64,000 nt of DNA from Takakia lepidozioides (taxonomy: Eukaryota; Plantae; Bryophyta), in assembly GCA_030704615.1 (NCBI GenBank), contig CM060734.1:49724001-49788000 (forward strand), read 5' to 3'. Of the stretch, positions 47,415-60,144 are shown one piece after another (the first letter of the stretch is position 1; every line of letters starts with the position of its first letter). Under the pieces are notes generated by a model, which was given only the letters and a program-made list of their open reading frames with translations, was not told the origin of the DNA and searched no databases. The position numbers and the translations under genes are program-made.

Positions 47415-49720
47415 AAAATGCATTACTTTCCGATCATCCCGCGATTGAGGGCACAGTACCAAAGCCCCGAATTGGCCAGACTTATGAGATGGCATGCCTC
47501 GCATCGGAGCCCCCCGGGAAAGGTGTGCGGGCCACAAGATTCACAAGCATGGAGGCATATTGAAGAGATGTGGCATTTTCTCTTGGAAGACCCACGACAT
47601 GTCCACCTCGGCTTCTCCTCGGATGGGGTCAACCCATTCTCTGTGCAGTCATGTAGTCATTCCACTTGGCCGGTGACCATGGTGAATTACAACATCCCTC
47701 CGTATCTTTCAATTAAAAAAGGCCATATCATGTTGGCTGCCATTGTGCCCGGTGAGTGTACTCATTTCATGTTTATTATTGCCTTCGACTTTACATTAAA
47801 CTTCTAATCTTTGACGCAAATCGGATGCAAGATTGATGAGTGACATAATCATGGAGTAAGACGTGTAATTCATTTTGTAGTATAATCTGCATATTGGTGG
47901 AGCATTGAAACAATGATGTGAATGTCTCATAGGGAAAAAACAAGTGGCAAACATGGACACGTACTTGCGACGTCTTGTTGATGAACTTAAAGAGCTATGG
48001 AGGGGGGTCCCGGCATTGGATGCTTCACTTGACCCTATGGCCGGACAATCTTTTCAAATGAAAGACATGTTGCTTTGGACAATGCATGATTATCCAGGTA
48101 TATTATGTTCCCCATGAACAACCCGCGTACATGCACTTGTTAACGCCGGATAATATCGATGAAAATTGGGATTGATTGAAGTAGCGGCGACAGTCTTGTG
48201 CACCGTAGTGGGGTAGATGGCATTATGGGCCATGCACATGATAACTTTTTGTTTTTGCTAATGTGGCGGAGTGTGTAGTACAGGACTAACTGTTTGCTCA
48301 GGGCTAAGCACCAAAGGGTACCATGCATGCTTGCATTGTGGCGATGATCTTGATGTACATAGCTCCCGCCATCTTCACAAGATGGCGTATCCCAACTACC
48401 GCAAATTTCTTCCTATGAGCCATCGATGGAGAAGAAGAGAGAAACACTTGTTTGATGGCAAAGAGGAAGTACGTCCCCCCCCCTATGACACCGTCCAGGT
48501 AGTTTTGGGAGGACCGATGGAAGGAGGTCCATGCGGGCACGGACGGTGAAGTGGACGTGCCCGGCATGAAACGACTTTCAATCTGCATATTGGGCGGTAC
48601 ATATTCCACAAAAACACCGTCAATATCCCTATGCATACATGTGATATTGCACATTTGGTATGCGTTGCATTGTCACTTTCACGTAAATTTTTTTGTATAA
48701 GTCTTTGTGGGTGGGGATATATGTAGGACCTGAAGATTCGTCATCTTCTAGATCCCTTGCATATTGAGAAGAATGTCTGCTCGTCCCTTTTTCGGGTTCT
48801 TCATGGCACGCCGGCAAAGAAGGGAGTGGCTGCAAAAGGAGATTCTCTCGGTAGTAGAAAGGAGCTTGAGGAGCATGCGCCATCTATGGGCCGAACAAAA
48901 TGGTGTGGACCCAAAGGGTGTTGTACGGTGGAAGTATAGGCGCGCACCTTGGCAATGGACAAAAGAGGAATACAAAAAAGTGATAGCCACCATAAGTGTT
49001 GTCCGAACACCAACTGGTTATGGGTCATCCCTCCGTACGAAGTTCAGCGAAGAAGACTGGGTCCATGGTTTGAAGTCTCATGACTACCACAATCTATTGC
49101 AAGACATCTTGCCCATTGCAATACGTGGGACATTGACTCCCGAGGTTCGTGAGACAATCTATAGATTGGGAGGCTTGTTCCGGTGGATTTGCTCCAAAGA
49201 GTTGGAAGAAGCAGATCGCATGAAGAAGGAGGCGGCGGAGGTAATGTGTATGTTGGAGATGCACCTTCCTCCCTCCTTCTTTGACATCCAAGTGCACTTG
49301 GTAGTGCACTTAGTGGAAGAGGCTTCAATTGCCGGCCCCGTTCATTCTCGGTGGATGTACTTCCTTGAGCGTTATATGAAGACTTTGAAAGGATTTGTAA
49401 GACAAATGGCGCACCTGGAGGGTAGCATGGTGGAGGGGTATACGTTGCAAGAAGCTATGTTCTATTGCACGGAGTACATGACAAGGGTGGATGAGGAAGC
49501 CCCTCGGATGTGGAAGGAAGAGGAGGATGCACGAACAAATGACATCGTTTTGCCCAAAAAATCGAAGAGGGTAAAATTGCCGACCTTGGTGATTGAGCAA
49601 GCGCATGACTTCATACTGAAGAACGACCCATCCATGCATGAGTGGGAAGCAAGATACAATAATCTTGTTCAGCAACGAGAGGAGGAGACGCTTGCATGGA
49701 GGCGGAACCATCCGGGGAAG
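47415..49720 (+). pseudogene. CACTA Tnp2 transposase core (Transposase_21 and DUF4218 regions), multi-exon, frameshifted
   Basis: KMHYFPIIPRL..SSDGVNPF..STWPV..YNIPP; MDTYL..LVDELKELW..WTMHDYPG; KGYHAC; HIEKN; GLKSHDYH; FFDIQVHL..GPVHSRWMYFLERYM. GT-AG introns at 47752-47932 and from 48098. Confidence 0.92.
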
Positions 49721-51083
49721 GTGGGGGGGGGATTGACTGAACAGCTGCTGCTGCTCAGTCACTCCCCCCCCCCCACATTCTCTGTTTTTCTTTGTTGCCC
49801 CATCTCTGGGGGAAACAAAAGGGACAAATCCTACCTCTGTCAGGGGTTGACGTTGGTAGTAAGACTTACCTTCACATATAGAATTAATCCGGGTTTTCCA
49901 GATATCCTCTACAAATCCCTTCACACAAGCATCAATCTGTTGTGTATGAGTTGCCCAAAAACTAGGCCTCAGAAAGGGCTGGACTTTTGGCTCAGCCTCG
50001 ACTTTTTCAAAGTTAGTAAATAGAGGTACATGCACAATTCCCTTGATAGATTTGAAGAGAGCGTCTCTTTGGTGAGAGAACCCCGGACTATCAGAAAATG
50101 AATAATGTCGTCACGTTGCCCACAGACATGGTTGGACACTACAGCCTCTAAGTCAGATTTATCCAGCAGGGTGAAGACTTGCGGTTCTAGGTCCAGGTCC
50201 TTGAGAATCTCTTCTACTGTCTTCTACTAGGACTTAGCCTGTTTGACAGGTCGGTGGGCGGTCCTGTTTCCAAGATATAGAGTCGATTAACTTAAGATAT
50301 CTGGTGCTGGACATATGTTGCAGCTGAACCCACCATCTGACCTTGAATTTATCTCTTCGGGAGCTTAAAAGAGAGCAACACAGAAGAGAGGGAGAGAGAG
50401 GGAGAGGGAGACATCAGGGGGCAACAAAGAAAAGAAAAGAAGGTGGGGGGGGGGAGTGACTGAGCAGCTGCTGCTGCTCAGTCACTCCCCCCCCCCCCAC
50501 ATTCTCTGTTTTTCTTTGTTGCCCCCTCTCTTGGGGAAACAAAAGGGACAAATCCTGCCTCTGTCAAGGGCTGACATTGGTAGTAAGACTTACCTTCACA
50601 TATAGAATTAATCCGGGTTTTCCATATATCCTCTACAAATCCCTTCACACAAGCATCAATCTGCTGTGTGTGAGATGCCCAAAAACTAGGCCTCAGAAGG
50701 GGCTGGGTTTTTGGCTCAGCCTCGACTTTTTCAAAGTTAGTAAACAGAGGTACATGCACAATTCCCTTGATAGATTTGAAGAGAGCGTCTCTTTGGTGAG
50801 AGAACCCTGGACAGTGTATCAGAAAATGAGTATTGTCTTCAGATTGCCCACACAACGGGCAATTGCACTCTCCCTTTCCTCTCTGCTTCTAAGTCAGATT
50901 TATCCAGCAGGGTGAAGACTTGCGGTTCCAGGTCCAGGTCCTTGAGAATCTCTTCTTCTGTCTTCTGCCAAGACTTAGCTTGTTTGACATGTCGGTGGGC
51001 GGTCCTGTTTCCAAGATATAGAGTCGATTAACTTAGGATATCTGGTGTTGGACATATGCTGCAGCTGACCCCACTATCTGACC
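49721..51083 (-). mobile_element. Two tandem ~0.7-kb modules: G/C-tract palindrome plus antisense LINE 3-prime fragment
   Basis: 49741-50345 and 50465-51083 are largely alignable. The - strand encodes CGQSEDNTHFLIHCPGFSHQRDALF..FTNFEKVEAEP, the LINE C-terminal CCHC region. Confidence 0.8.
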
Positions 51084-53280
51084 TCCCCCCCCCCCCAACC
51101 CATTTTTTTTCATTGTTGCCCCCTCTCTCCCTCTGTCTCCCTCTCTACTGGGAATTGGCAGGTTGCTATCAATGTTGATTCTTTGTTTTCTCATCCTCTA
51201 TCAGACTTTTTCATCCATACCGGATGAGCCACCACATGGAAGAAAAGAATTACCTCTATGGAAGTTGCCAACAGCATCCTGTTTTTCCATCCGTACCGGA
51301 TGAAAAACTACCAGGGTGATAATTTTTCTCTCTTTTATTGACTCTTTTTATCCATACCGGATGGTCTGGTAAGGAATGATAGAATTACCTAGATGGAGGT
51401 AAGGCGTTGCCACGGATGATATTCCCTACTTTTTCATCCTGACACAAATGATCTGTCTATGGATGATATGCTTATGGCCTGGAATTGATCTTTACTACCC
51501 CTAATTATGATTAATTACGGTGGAAACCCTAACCCCCAACTCCAAAACCTATTTTTAACCTTGCTGCGGATGAAATCCGTCAGGGTATATGGATTCGTCC
51601 TACTGTTTTTCATCCATGGATGAATAATCAGGGGACAACCCTATGTCGTCTCTCCTGCTGTCAGAAGCACGCGATGTGCTTCTGAGCTCGCGAGGAGAGT
51701 GTTATGGCGGGCATGCTTCGGTGGTTGCCCTGTTTGTGGTGTCGTACCCATGCTGGACGAGCGTCGGGGGGGGGGGGGGGGGGGGGGGGGGGGGCGAAGG
51801 CGGCGCCTTGTCTCTCTTGCAGCGGGAAACACCGCTATGAAAGCAGTGGCATCTTCCCTCCTCTGGCTTTTTCTGTGCTTAGCAAGGATGCTTATGATGG
51901 GAAGTTCCTCCTTTCTAGTGCTTTGCGATTGTGCCTGCTTTGCTTCATTGCTTATGTGCTTTGTGGAGGCGGCTTGCTGCGGGTGGATGGCGCATAACCC
52001 TCTTCCCCAATCGTTTAAGGTGCCTTTGGAGTTTAGGGATTCTCATGTTCTTATCTCTTTCTCTTGCTTTTGAATTTCTTAGTTGACATCGATGACAAGT
52101 GTGAGGGTCTGTGATTCACCTGGGGTTCCACAATCCTCACTAACCTATTGGTTTTTGTGGGGGCTTGTGATGGGACCAGGTGAGGATCCTCACCTACTTT
52201 GAAGTTTCTTGAGCATGCAGATTGGGATATGGGCTGAGGAGACCTAGGGTTGTGCGCGCTGTGAGGTGGCTGTTGGCTGCAGCCCCGATTTCAACCCAAC
52301 TGCCCTTGACTTGATATGCTCTAGCCTGCGTTCTGGCCTTTGTCGTTCTGCCGCCGATGCGCAGCTTGGCCTGACGGGCTTGTTTCCTGAGGCTTGCATA
52401 CAAACTATACCCTACCTTTTAATCTTTGACAACACAACCTGTGGATTACTAAGCTAGGTTGTAAGTTATTTTGGCCAAAGAGGATCTGGTTTTTGGTGGT
52501 ATGTTTTTGGAGGTTTTGGGTAATTATGGATCTGATGGCCTTGAAGTTTAAGGCGGCAGCCTGGTAGGGTACTGCCTTGCTCCTTGTCAGGCCTACTTCT
52601 GATGTGTACTGGATCGTAGTAAGGTGTTCTTTGCATGTCTTAGCATGGAACTCTTGAAGGATGAGGATGGTAAGCTGCAATGGAATCCTACCTATTGTTT
52701 TGGATCTGTCATGACATCAGGCCTATGACCTGCCATCTGTTTTTTATACAAAAGAGGATGGATCTCGGCTGTTCATGCTGTTTGTTGGTACAAGTCTTGA
52801 ACCTGCAATCTGACAGGCTATATTCACATTCCCTTGATACCTTGTATGATCATATGTCTCGGGGTGAATACAAATGATATGGAATCTACTTCATCCGGCC
52901 CAAGTTGGACTGCTTGGTGGTATACTGAGACTCTGACAAAATGCAGCCTGGTCCTTATGCCTTGGCTGATACATGACCTGCCATAATTAATGGCTGAATT
53001 GGTAAGCTGTTGGTATATGTACAGGCTGAACCAAGAGGCCTTGCAGCATGCACAGGGACAACAATATCTTATTTTGTCCCACACAAGAACAAACCCCGCC
53101 CTCCCACCCTGTTTTGTCTTGGATGATTGGGTGGTGTCTTTTGGGATGATTTGACAAGACTGGAAATGTGAGATAGTGCCCTATCCAGGGCTGTTTATGT
53201 CTTTAATTGACAATGACCCTTATGGGTCTTGTCCATGTCTTGACATGACGTGAATATCTTCCCACTCTCTCCCTCTCTCT
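51084..53280 (+). repeat. Array unit A
   Basis: Head with TCATCC/GGATGA palindromes and telo-box (51150-51630), ATG 51987, conserved hairpin 52101-52193, conserved tail 53090-53280. Confidence 0.7.
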
Positions 53281-53344
53281 TATTAACTTTTTCTACCCTC
53301 TCTTTTCCTCTGTGGTTTTTTTTTTTTTTGTGAGCAGCACAAAA

Positions 53345-55560
53345 GAGAGGGAAGATACTATGTCTTGTCGGGACATGGACAGGACCAAACATGGTCATTG
53401 TCAATTTTTACGACAAATCAACCTCATGAAGAGGCATTATCAGTCAAACTCCACTTCAAATTAGATCTTATGATGACCTCCATTACATTTCAAAGACGAA
53501 GAATCTACCTGGTAGATTTCAATGACAAGAAAATACGGGTGGGAGGGTGGGATTACTTAGAAGATCCCCTCCTTATAATAATCCAGCTTTATATTCTAAG
53601 GAACAATATGCTAAATAAGTGTTCAGCCTGTTTTTATGCCTGTTTTAGAATTATAAGCTATGGGTGGCATCTAAGCAAACAATTAAATGTTTACCTATAT
53701 CATGCAATAGTACTGCTCATCTGGAACCCAAAAGTTCCAGCTATTTTCCATTAATCACACAACCCGGATATTAAATCATCTGGTTACTTGATAAGATAAC
53801 CAGTTTTTTAATAACAAAAACCCAGAGCTTATTTGCTACATTTTTAGAACTTCTTGTAATCATGACACAGAGTCAAAACTCATTGCATTGTTTGGTAAGC
53901 TTGATTTCCCAGAACTGCTTTCTATTGCAGTGTTCTGTATCAGAATATGCCATAGCTAGCAAAAAACACACAGCTATCTTTTTTGTAACATAAAATCCAG
54001 AGCCATGTTGTTGGTTAATCAATCTTTGATTACCAAGCAACAGCAGGGGCTTCTCTTTAAAACAACCAGACCTGGTTTAGGTTTGGGGTCATTATGTTAC
54101 AACCTTGACAAGGTGTTTGCACAAACACAACTGTATACAATCTGTAATTACAGAGTGACATGAAGATGTAGCAGGTTACTTACCTTAGCAGATTGTATGC
54201 AAGGTAAAAAGGAAAGGGGGTTCAGACATCCACAGAGGTTCCATATATTGAGCACATAAAGGCATACAGGGCTCAGTATAAACCATATGCAAGCTCTGGC
54301 CTCTCCCCTACCGTGTTGCTTGAAAGTGTACATATCAGAGTAGCAAATCGTGCTCTAAGCATGAAAAAAGAGCATATATTTGGTCTGGAAACCCTACTTC
54401 CAGTACCATATTTCAATGCAGCGGAAATCATAACCCAGAGTCCTTAATAGAATTGATGTGTTCTAAAAAGGCTCGCTAATGCACTTGCTGCTTCAACACA
54501 TAGATAAAGGTTGTAAGCATATCCAGATTGGTCATGTAGTGAGGCAAAAATGAGACATCTCCGTGGATAATCAGCTGATGTCGATGTCACTTCACTTGCA
54601 GGTTTGTCATCAGATTCAAGCTTCAAAAATCACATTAAGTGAGGACCCTCACCTGGTCCCATCACAAGCCCCCACAAGAACCAACAGGTTAGTGAGAATT
54701 GTGGAACCCCAGGTGAATCGGGTCTCACGCTTGTTATCGCTGTACAACATGAGTTCTAAAGCAAGAATCAGTTCTAAACACAAGCAAGGTTATCCACAAC
54801 CTTAATCGATTGCGGAAGAGGACTCGACATCGCTCAAAGCACTTGACAATCAACAGCACAAACAAGCAATGGTTTGCTTGAAATCTATGCGCATTTTAAC
54901 AGGTGAAGAAACCCCCTGAGTTTTTATGAGCAATGCTGAAACTTAATGATCCAGAGAGGATCTACAAGCAGTCGGGCAGCCTAAGGTAGATTGCCCGCCA
55001 AGGGAATAGGTCACCATACTGAGGGAATTGAAGCACCGCCGCCGTTACGCCTCCCAAGGGAGATGAGAAAGGACTGGAATCTTGCCAGAGTACTTGTAAA
55101 CAGCATTGAAGCGTCTCCATAGCCATCAAAATCATAGAATTCATGCTAAGAGATCCCTCTGACACCATCACTTCATCTCCCGTAGAAAAAACGCACAGTA
55201 TCGTGCAAGTTTTATGGCAGGAGAGGAAATATGGCAAACCATTGCGATTTCATCCATGTGGGATGAAAAATAATGAATGAAAGGTGAATATTCCCCTGTT
55301 GTCATCGCCATGTCATCCAGCAGGGATGACATCCTAAAATCGATGACCAGAACCTGGCATTCATTAGGGTTAGATATAAATGACCTTAATAATCCAAAAG
55401 AACCAGATAAAAAATGATAACCATAATTAACATTTAATGGAATTCATCCAATATTAACTATATCCGGTATGGATGAAGATAGCAGAAAGTTAATTATAGT
55501 TTAGTCAAAAATTACCTTAGTACCAAACCCTCTGGGTTATGGAATAGGTTACCAACAGGA
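53345..55560 (-). repeat. Array unit B (inverted relative to A)
   Basis: Tail is the reverse complement of the A tail; hairpin 54639-54728; ATG 54830; head 55240-55500. Confidence 0.7.
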
Positions 55561-55564
55561 TCCA

Positions 55565-57405
55565 TGTACAGAGGGAGAGAGAGAGGGAAGATATACATGT
55601 CATGTCAAGACATGGACAAGACCGTTAAGGTCATTGTCATTGAAAGACAAAATAGCCCTTTACAGGGCACCATCTAACATTCCCTTTCATTTTTACAATC
55701 TCATTTGAATACCCCATTACATTTCAGGGTCTCTGAAAAAACAGGGCGGGAGGGTGGGATCCCAGGTCATTCATATCATGAAAGCACCATAGTATGCATC
55801 ATCATCTCAAAAATTCATTTCAAACTCATTTCAAAAACCAGAATGCAGGTTTGGTTTGAAGATGATGTTTTAGAACCAAGATATAAGCAAGATTCTTAAA
55901 AAGGAAGAAGAAACAGCAGGGTAGAGCCCCCTTAAGCAGGTATAGGCATGGAATGGTATTTTAAGGCCTCATAAAATAGTTCTGCCAAGGTGAAAGAGCA
56001 GCTCAGAAACCCCTGTTTGTTATCAAGCCATGAAACCAAAATGATATGAGGGCCTTGAAGTATGTGTGTTATCTGTCAAAGCCTATCCTTTTGATCCATC
56101 AGAGTCATACCAAGAAGTTTTATTTCAGAGCCAAGTATCAAAGCAGTCAAAGTAATAACTGCTATTTTGTACCCTTGTACCCTTCATAGCTTAACTCCTA
56201 CACATGCAAATGTGGTTGTAAAAAACCATAAACAGGGGTAAGGAGAGAAGCAGATCCTCATTGGAGCCATCTTGGAGCAGGTCTGAAGCGGCATGGTGGC
56301 AGTTTGAAACATCAGATGGCATCAGCAGCATAGGCAGCAGCAGAATCCACATTTGCAAGAACAGGAGCTGCAAGCTTCAAGAAATCAAGACAAGTGAAGA
56401 CCCTCACCTGTGCCCGTCCCAAAAACCACCACATAGCGATGTGTGTTAGTGAGGATGCAGCAGGTAAATGGCAGGTCTTCACAGTTGCTATCCATGTCAG
56501 TGTTGAATTCTAAAGCAAGTACAGATCACAATTCAAGCAAGGGTAAACTCAAAAAACCTTGAGTGTTTGTGGTATGCCCTGCGCCATGGCGTCCAACAAA
56601 TCGTCTCCAACAGAACGCAATCAGAGTAGAAGCGTTCACAGATAGAGAATGGCTCATACACAAATAGAGAGCAACATGTAATCTGTAGATAAATAGGGAT
56701 AAAGTACTTCCCAACAAGGAGTAAAAGCGCCGCTGCAAAATAAAGAACCATGAGTTTCTGATCAAAGCGATCACCGCTTTGTCGTCTGCCAGAGAAGAAT
56801 CTGTTTAACCACCAATGCGCATCCCAAGAGCCAGCCATCACGAGTACCATGTAGCAGCAGGGGAGCAGGTTTATGCGGCGCATCATCAAGGTTCACCGAA
56901 GCACGAGTTCAGTGCTGTGAAGTGTGTCGGCGTGCTTAGGGCATAACTTCCCGATTTTTCATCCAGGGTGGATGAAAAATCACATTTTACCAAGAGAGGC
57001 ACTTTGTCAATTGATGACATCCCATAGAAATGTATCTTTTAGGGTTATGGTATAGTCTTAGGTTTAATAACTGCCATCATTTATGATGGTAGTTTTATTA
57101 TTCTCTTGGATTTTATAAAAGGTAACCATTATTTATGTAGATCATCCAGTTTAGATGAAAGAAATAGATGGTAAATCCAGCTTTCTGTACATTAAGTTTC
57201 ATCACCCTATAATAAAATCATCCAGATTTGGATGAAAAAGGCTGGGATGAAAAACTAAATAACCTCAAAAAGTTAAGGCCAGATGAAATCCAAAGATTTA
57301 TAGAGGGAGAGGAGAGAGGGACAGAGAGAGGGAGTGAGGGGGAGAGATCAGGAAACAAAAAGAAAAAGAGGAAGGTGGGGGGGGGGGGGGGGGAGTGACT
57401 AAGTA
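55565..57405 (-). repeat. Array unit C (close duplicate of unit E with a ~0.75-kb internal deletion)
   Basis: Near-identical to 60145-62720 except that ~60431-61189 is missing; hairpin 56394-56482; ATG 56587. Confidence 0.8.
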
Positions 57406-57409
57406 GCAA

Positions 57410-59340
57410 CTGCTCAGTCACTCTGACCCCCCCCCCCCCCCCACCTTTTTGTTTTTTCTTTGTTGCCCCGCGACGTCTTGTCTCTTCTCATAGGCGGGAG
57501 AACCCGCTGTGATGGCATCGTCCCTTTCCCTCCTCTGGCCTTTATGTTTCGCAGTAGCGTTTTGGTGGGGAAGTATATCGCTCTCTCTCCCTTCTTAAAC
57601 CTAACATTTGTATGCTTCGCTTCTCCTTAGTTGTGCTGGAGGTGGCATATTGGTGGCGATGGCGCAGTGTTACCTTCCCCAATCGCTCAAGGTGCTTTTG
57701 GTGATTAGGGTTCCTTTTACTTCATATCTTTCTCTCTTGTTTTTGGGGTTCTTAGTTGACATCGATAACAAGTGTAAGGGTCTCTGATTCACCTGGGGTT
57801 CCACAATCCTCACTAACCCATTGGTTTTTGTGGGGGCTTGTGATGGGACCAGGTGAGGATCCCTACTTGCTTTGAATTCTCTTGAGCTTGCAGATAAGGA
57901 TGTGAGCAAAAGAAACATACTGTTGCTGCCTATAGCCCCGATTTCGGCCCGCTTGCTCCCAATTTGACATGATGATGCTTGCTTTTGACTTATGTTTTGA
58001 TGCTGCTGATGGAGCATCTCGGCCTGGCAGCCTTGTCTCGTGCAGCACAACATGTGAATCCTACCCTGTCTTGAATCTTTGACAGCTTTGCCTGTGGATT
58101 TTTAGACTAGGTCTTTTTTTGGCCTTAAAAGAGGATTGATGATGTAAGGGTAAAGACATGAGTGGCTGTTAGGCTCTAAGAATGAGGAGGTCTGGTTTTT
58201 GTAAAAGAAGACAGCCTGATAAGGCAATGACAAGCCGTTTTCAGACCTGGATTTGTTGTGGAATGGAGCATAATGAGGTGCTATTTGCAAAACATGGCAT
58301 TAGCCTCATGTGAAACAGTGATGGTAAGCTCTAAAGGACTCTGACCAGTGATTAGTTACTTTATTTTGCCATATGAACAGCCACCTGCATTGTATGATTT
58401 ATCTTGGCCAAGTGGGCTTGGTCTTGGGCACTCAAATTGTATGTGTGTCCTTAGCTGGATGCTGTGACAGGGCAGGCCTTTCTTCCATGCCAAAATGCCT
58501 TACATGATGCATATCTTGGGGCAACTGTACATGATGTAGAATGAAGTCGCAGTCAGTCTTATCATGCCCAAAGTGATCACTTGGTTGCATGTTTGGAGTC
58601 TGATTTACTGCAGGCTGGGCCAGCAAGTGTCCTGTGTACACAGGTCCTGAATTTGTACGATGACAGGCTGTTCTTACCTACCCAGAAGGCCTTGCACGAT
58701 GCATGCTTTGGGGTGCTTACATTTGGCCAAATGTGAAGCTGCAATATGGCTTGCCATGCCCAAGAAGTTTACTTGGTGGCATAACTGAAGTGTAATTAAT
58801 TACAGGCTGGTCCTTCCAGTTGCTTGTGTGAACGTTCCCTGAAGGTGTTGTAGGGCAGGCTGTTCTTACCTACCTTGCATAATGCTTGTCTTGGATCACC
58901 TCAAGGTACTTGTGTATACATATCTTGGATCTGTAATGTGGCAAGAAGTTGCAGGCTGGTCCTTCAAGGTGCTTGTATGAACATACCTTGAATCTGTAGC
59001 AGGGCAGGCTGTTCTTACCTACCCAAGGAGCCTTGCATGGTGCATGTCTTGGGTTACTTACAAGAATTTGAACATGCTGCAACAATCTGATTTTTCAGTA
59101 CACAAGATGCTTGCTTATATGCTTGTCTTGTTGTCATGATCTGTACATAAACAAACCCCACCCTCCCACCCTGTTTTATCATGAATGATTAGGGTGAAAT
59201 CAACTGGGAAGTCATGACAAGAATGGAAGTGTTAGATGGTGCCATGTTTATGGGCTGTTTATGTCTTTAATTGACAATGACCCTAGTGGGCCTTGTCCAT
59301 GTCTTGACATGACATGAGTATCTTCCCTCTCCCTCTCTCT
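57410..59340 (+). repeat. Array unit D (head mostly deleted)
   Basis: Homologous to unit A: ATG 57659, hairpin 57774-57866, tail 59150-59340. Confidence 0.7.
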
Positions 59341-59357
59341 TTTTAACTTTTTCTGCA

Positions 59358-60080
59358 GAGGGGTCAACTCTAAGGTTAAGAAAACCATGCTTTGTCGCAT
59401 TATTAGACCTACCTTGGAGTACGGATTTGCAGTATGGGTTGATAAATCTGACTTAGAGGCTGTAGTGTCCAAAGCCATGTCTGTTGCCATGAGATTGTCT
59501 GGATGAAAATGAAGTTAGGCAGAAAACTTCCCTGAACTTGTTTCCAGTCAGTGACATGGGGGAGGACATCTTGGATGACCTCAAGGGTCTACCCACTCTC
59601 GGCACTAGACTGAAATTTAAACTCGGGGCAATAAGCCTACCTTTGAACAGCAAACAGAAGCAGAGAGGAAAGGGAGAGTGCAATTGCCCGTTGTGTGGGC
59701 AATCTGAAGACAGTACTCATTTTCTGATACACTGTCCGGGGTTCTCTCACCAAAGAGACGCTCTCTTCAAATCTATCAAGGGATTTGTGCCTGTACCTCT
59801 GTTTACCAACTTTGAAAGTCTCAAGGTTGAGCCAAAAGCTAGCCCAGGCCCTCCCGAGGCCTAGTTATTGGGCAAATCACACACAGCAATTTGATGCTTG
59901 TGTGAAGGGATTTCTAGAGGATATGTGGAAAACCCAGATTAATTCTATATATGAAGATAAGTCTTACTACCAACGTCAGCCCCTGACAGAGGCAGGTTCT
60001 GTCCCTTTTGTTTCCGCTCAAACTGGGCGCGGGGTCAATGGCCACAAGGCTACGGCAAACAACGTCTTATGAGTATAATC
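59358..60080 (+). mobile_element. 5-prime-truncated LINE insertion with a 17-bp TSD
   Basis: TSD TTTTAACTTTTTCTGCA at 59341-59357 and 60081-60097. Encodes IRPTLEYGFAVW and KFKLG..CNCPLCGQSEDSTHFLIHC. The empty site is visible in the paralogous junction at ~53281-53297. Confidence 0.9.
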
Positions 60081-60144
60081 TTTTAACTTTTTCTGCACCC
60101 TCTCTCCCTTGTGGTTTGTTTACTTTTGTGAATAGCAAAAAAAA

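Noticed and set aside
52101-52193. Core hairpin as U1 snRNA, C/D snoRNA, hammerhead ribozyme or telomerase RNA
   Set aside because: Only an ACCTGG similarity to the U1 5-prime end. No conserved C/D boxes, CTGATGA/GAAA core or telomeric template across copies.
56533-56889. 118-119-aa hydrophobic ORFs in units C and E (also 61858-62217)
   Set aside because: The frames differ between the two near-identical copies and are not preserved in units A, B or D.
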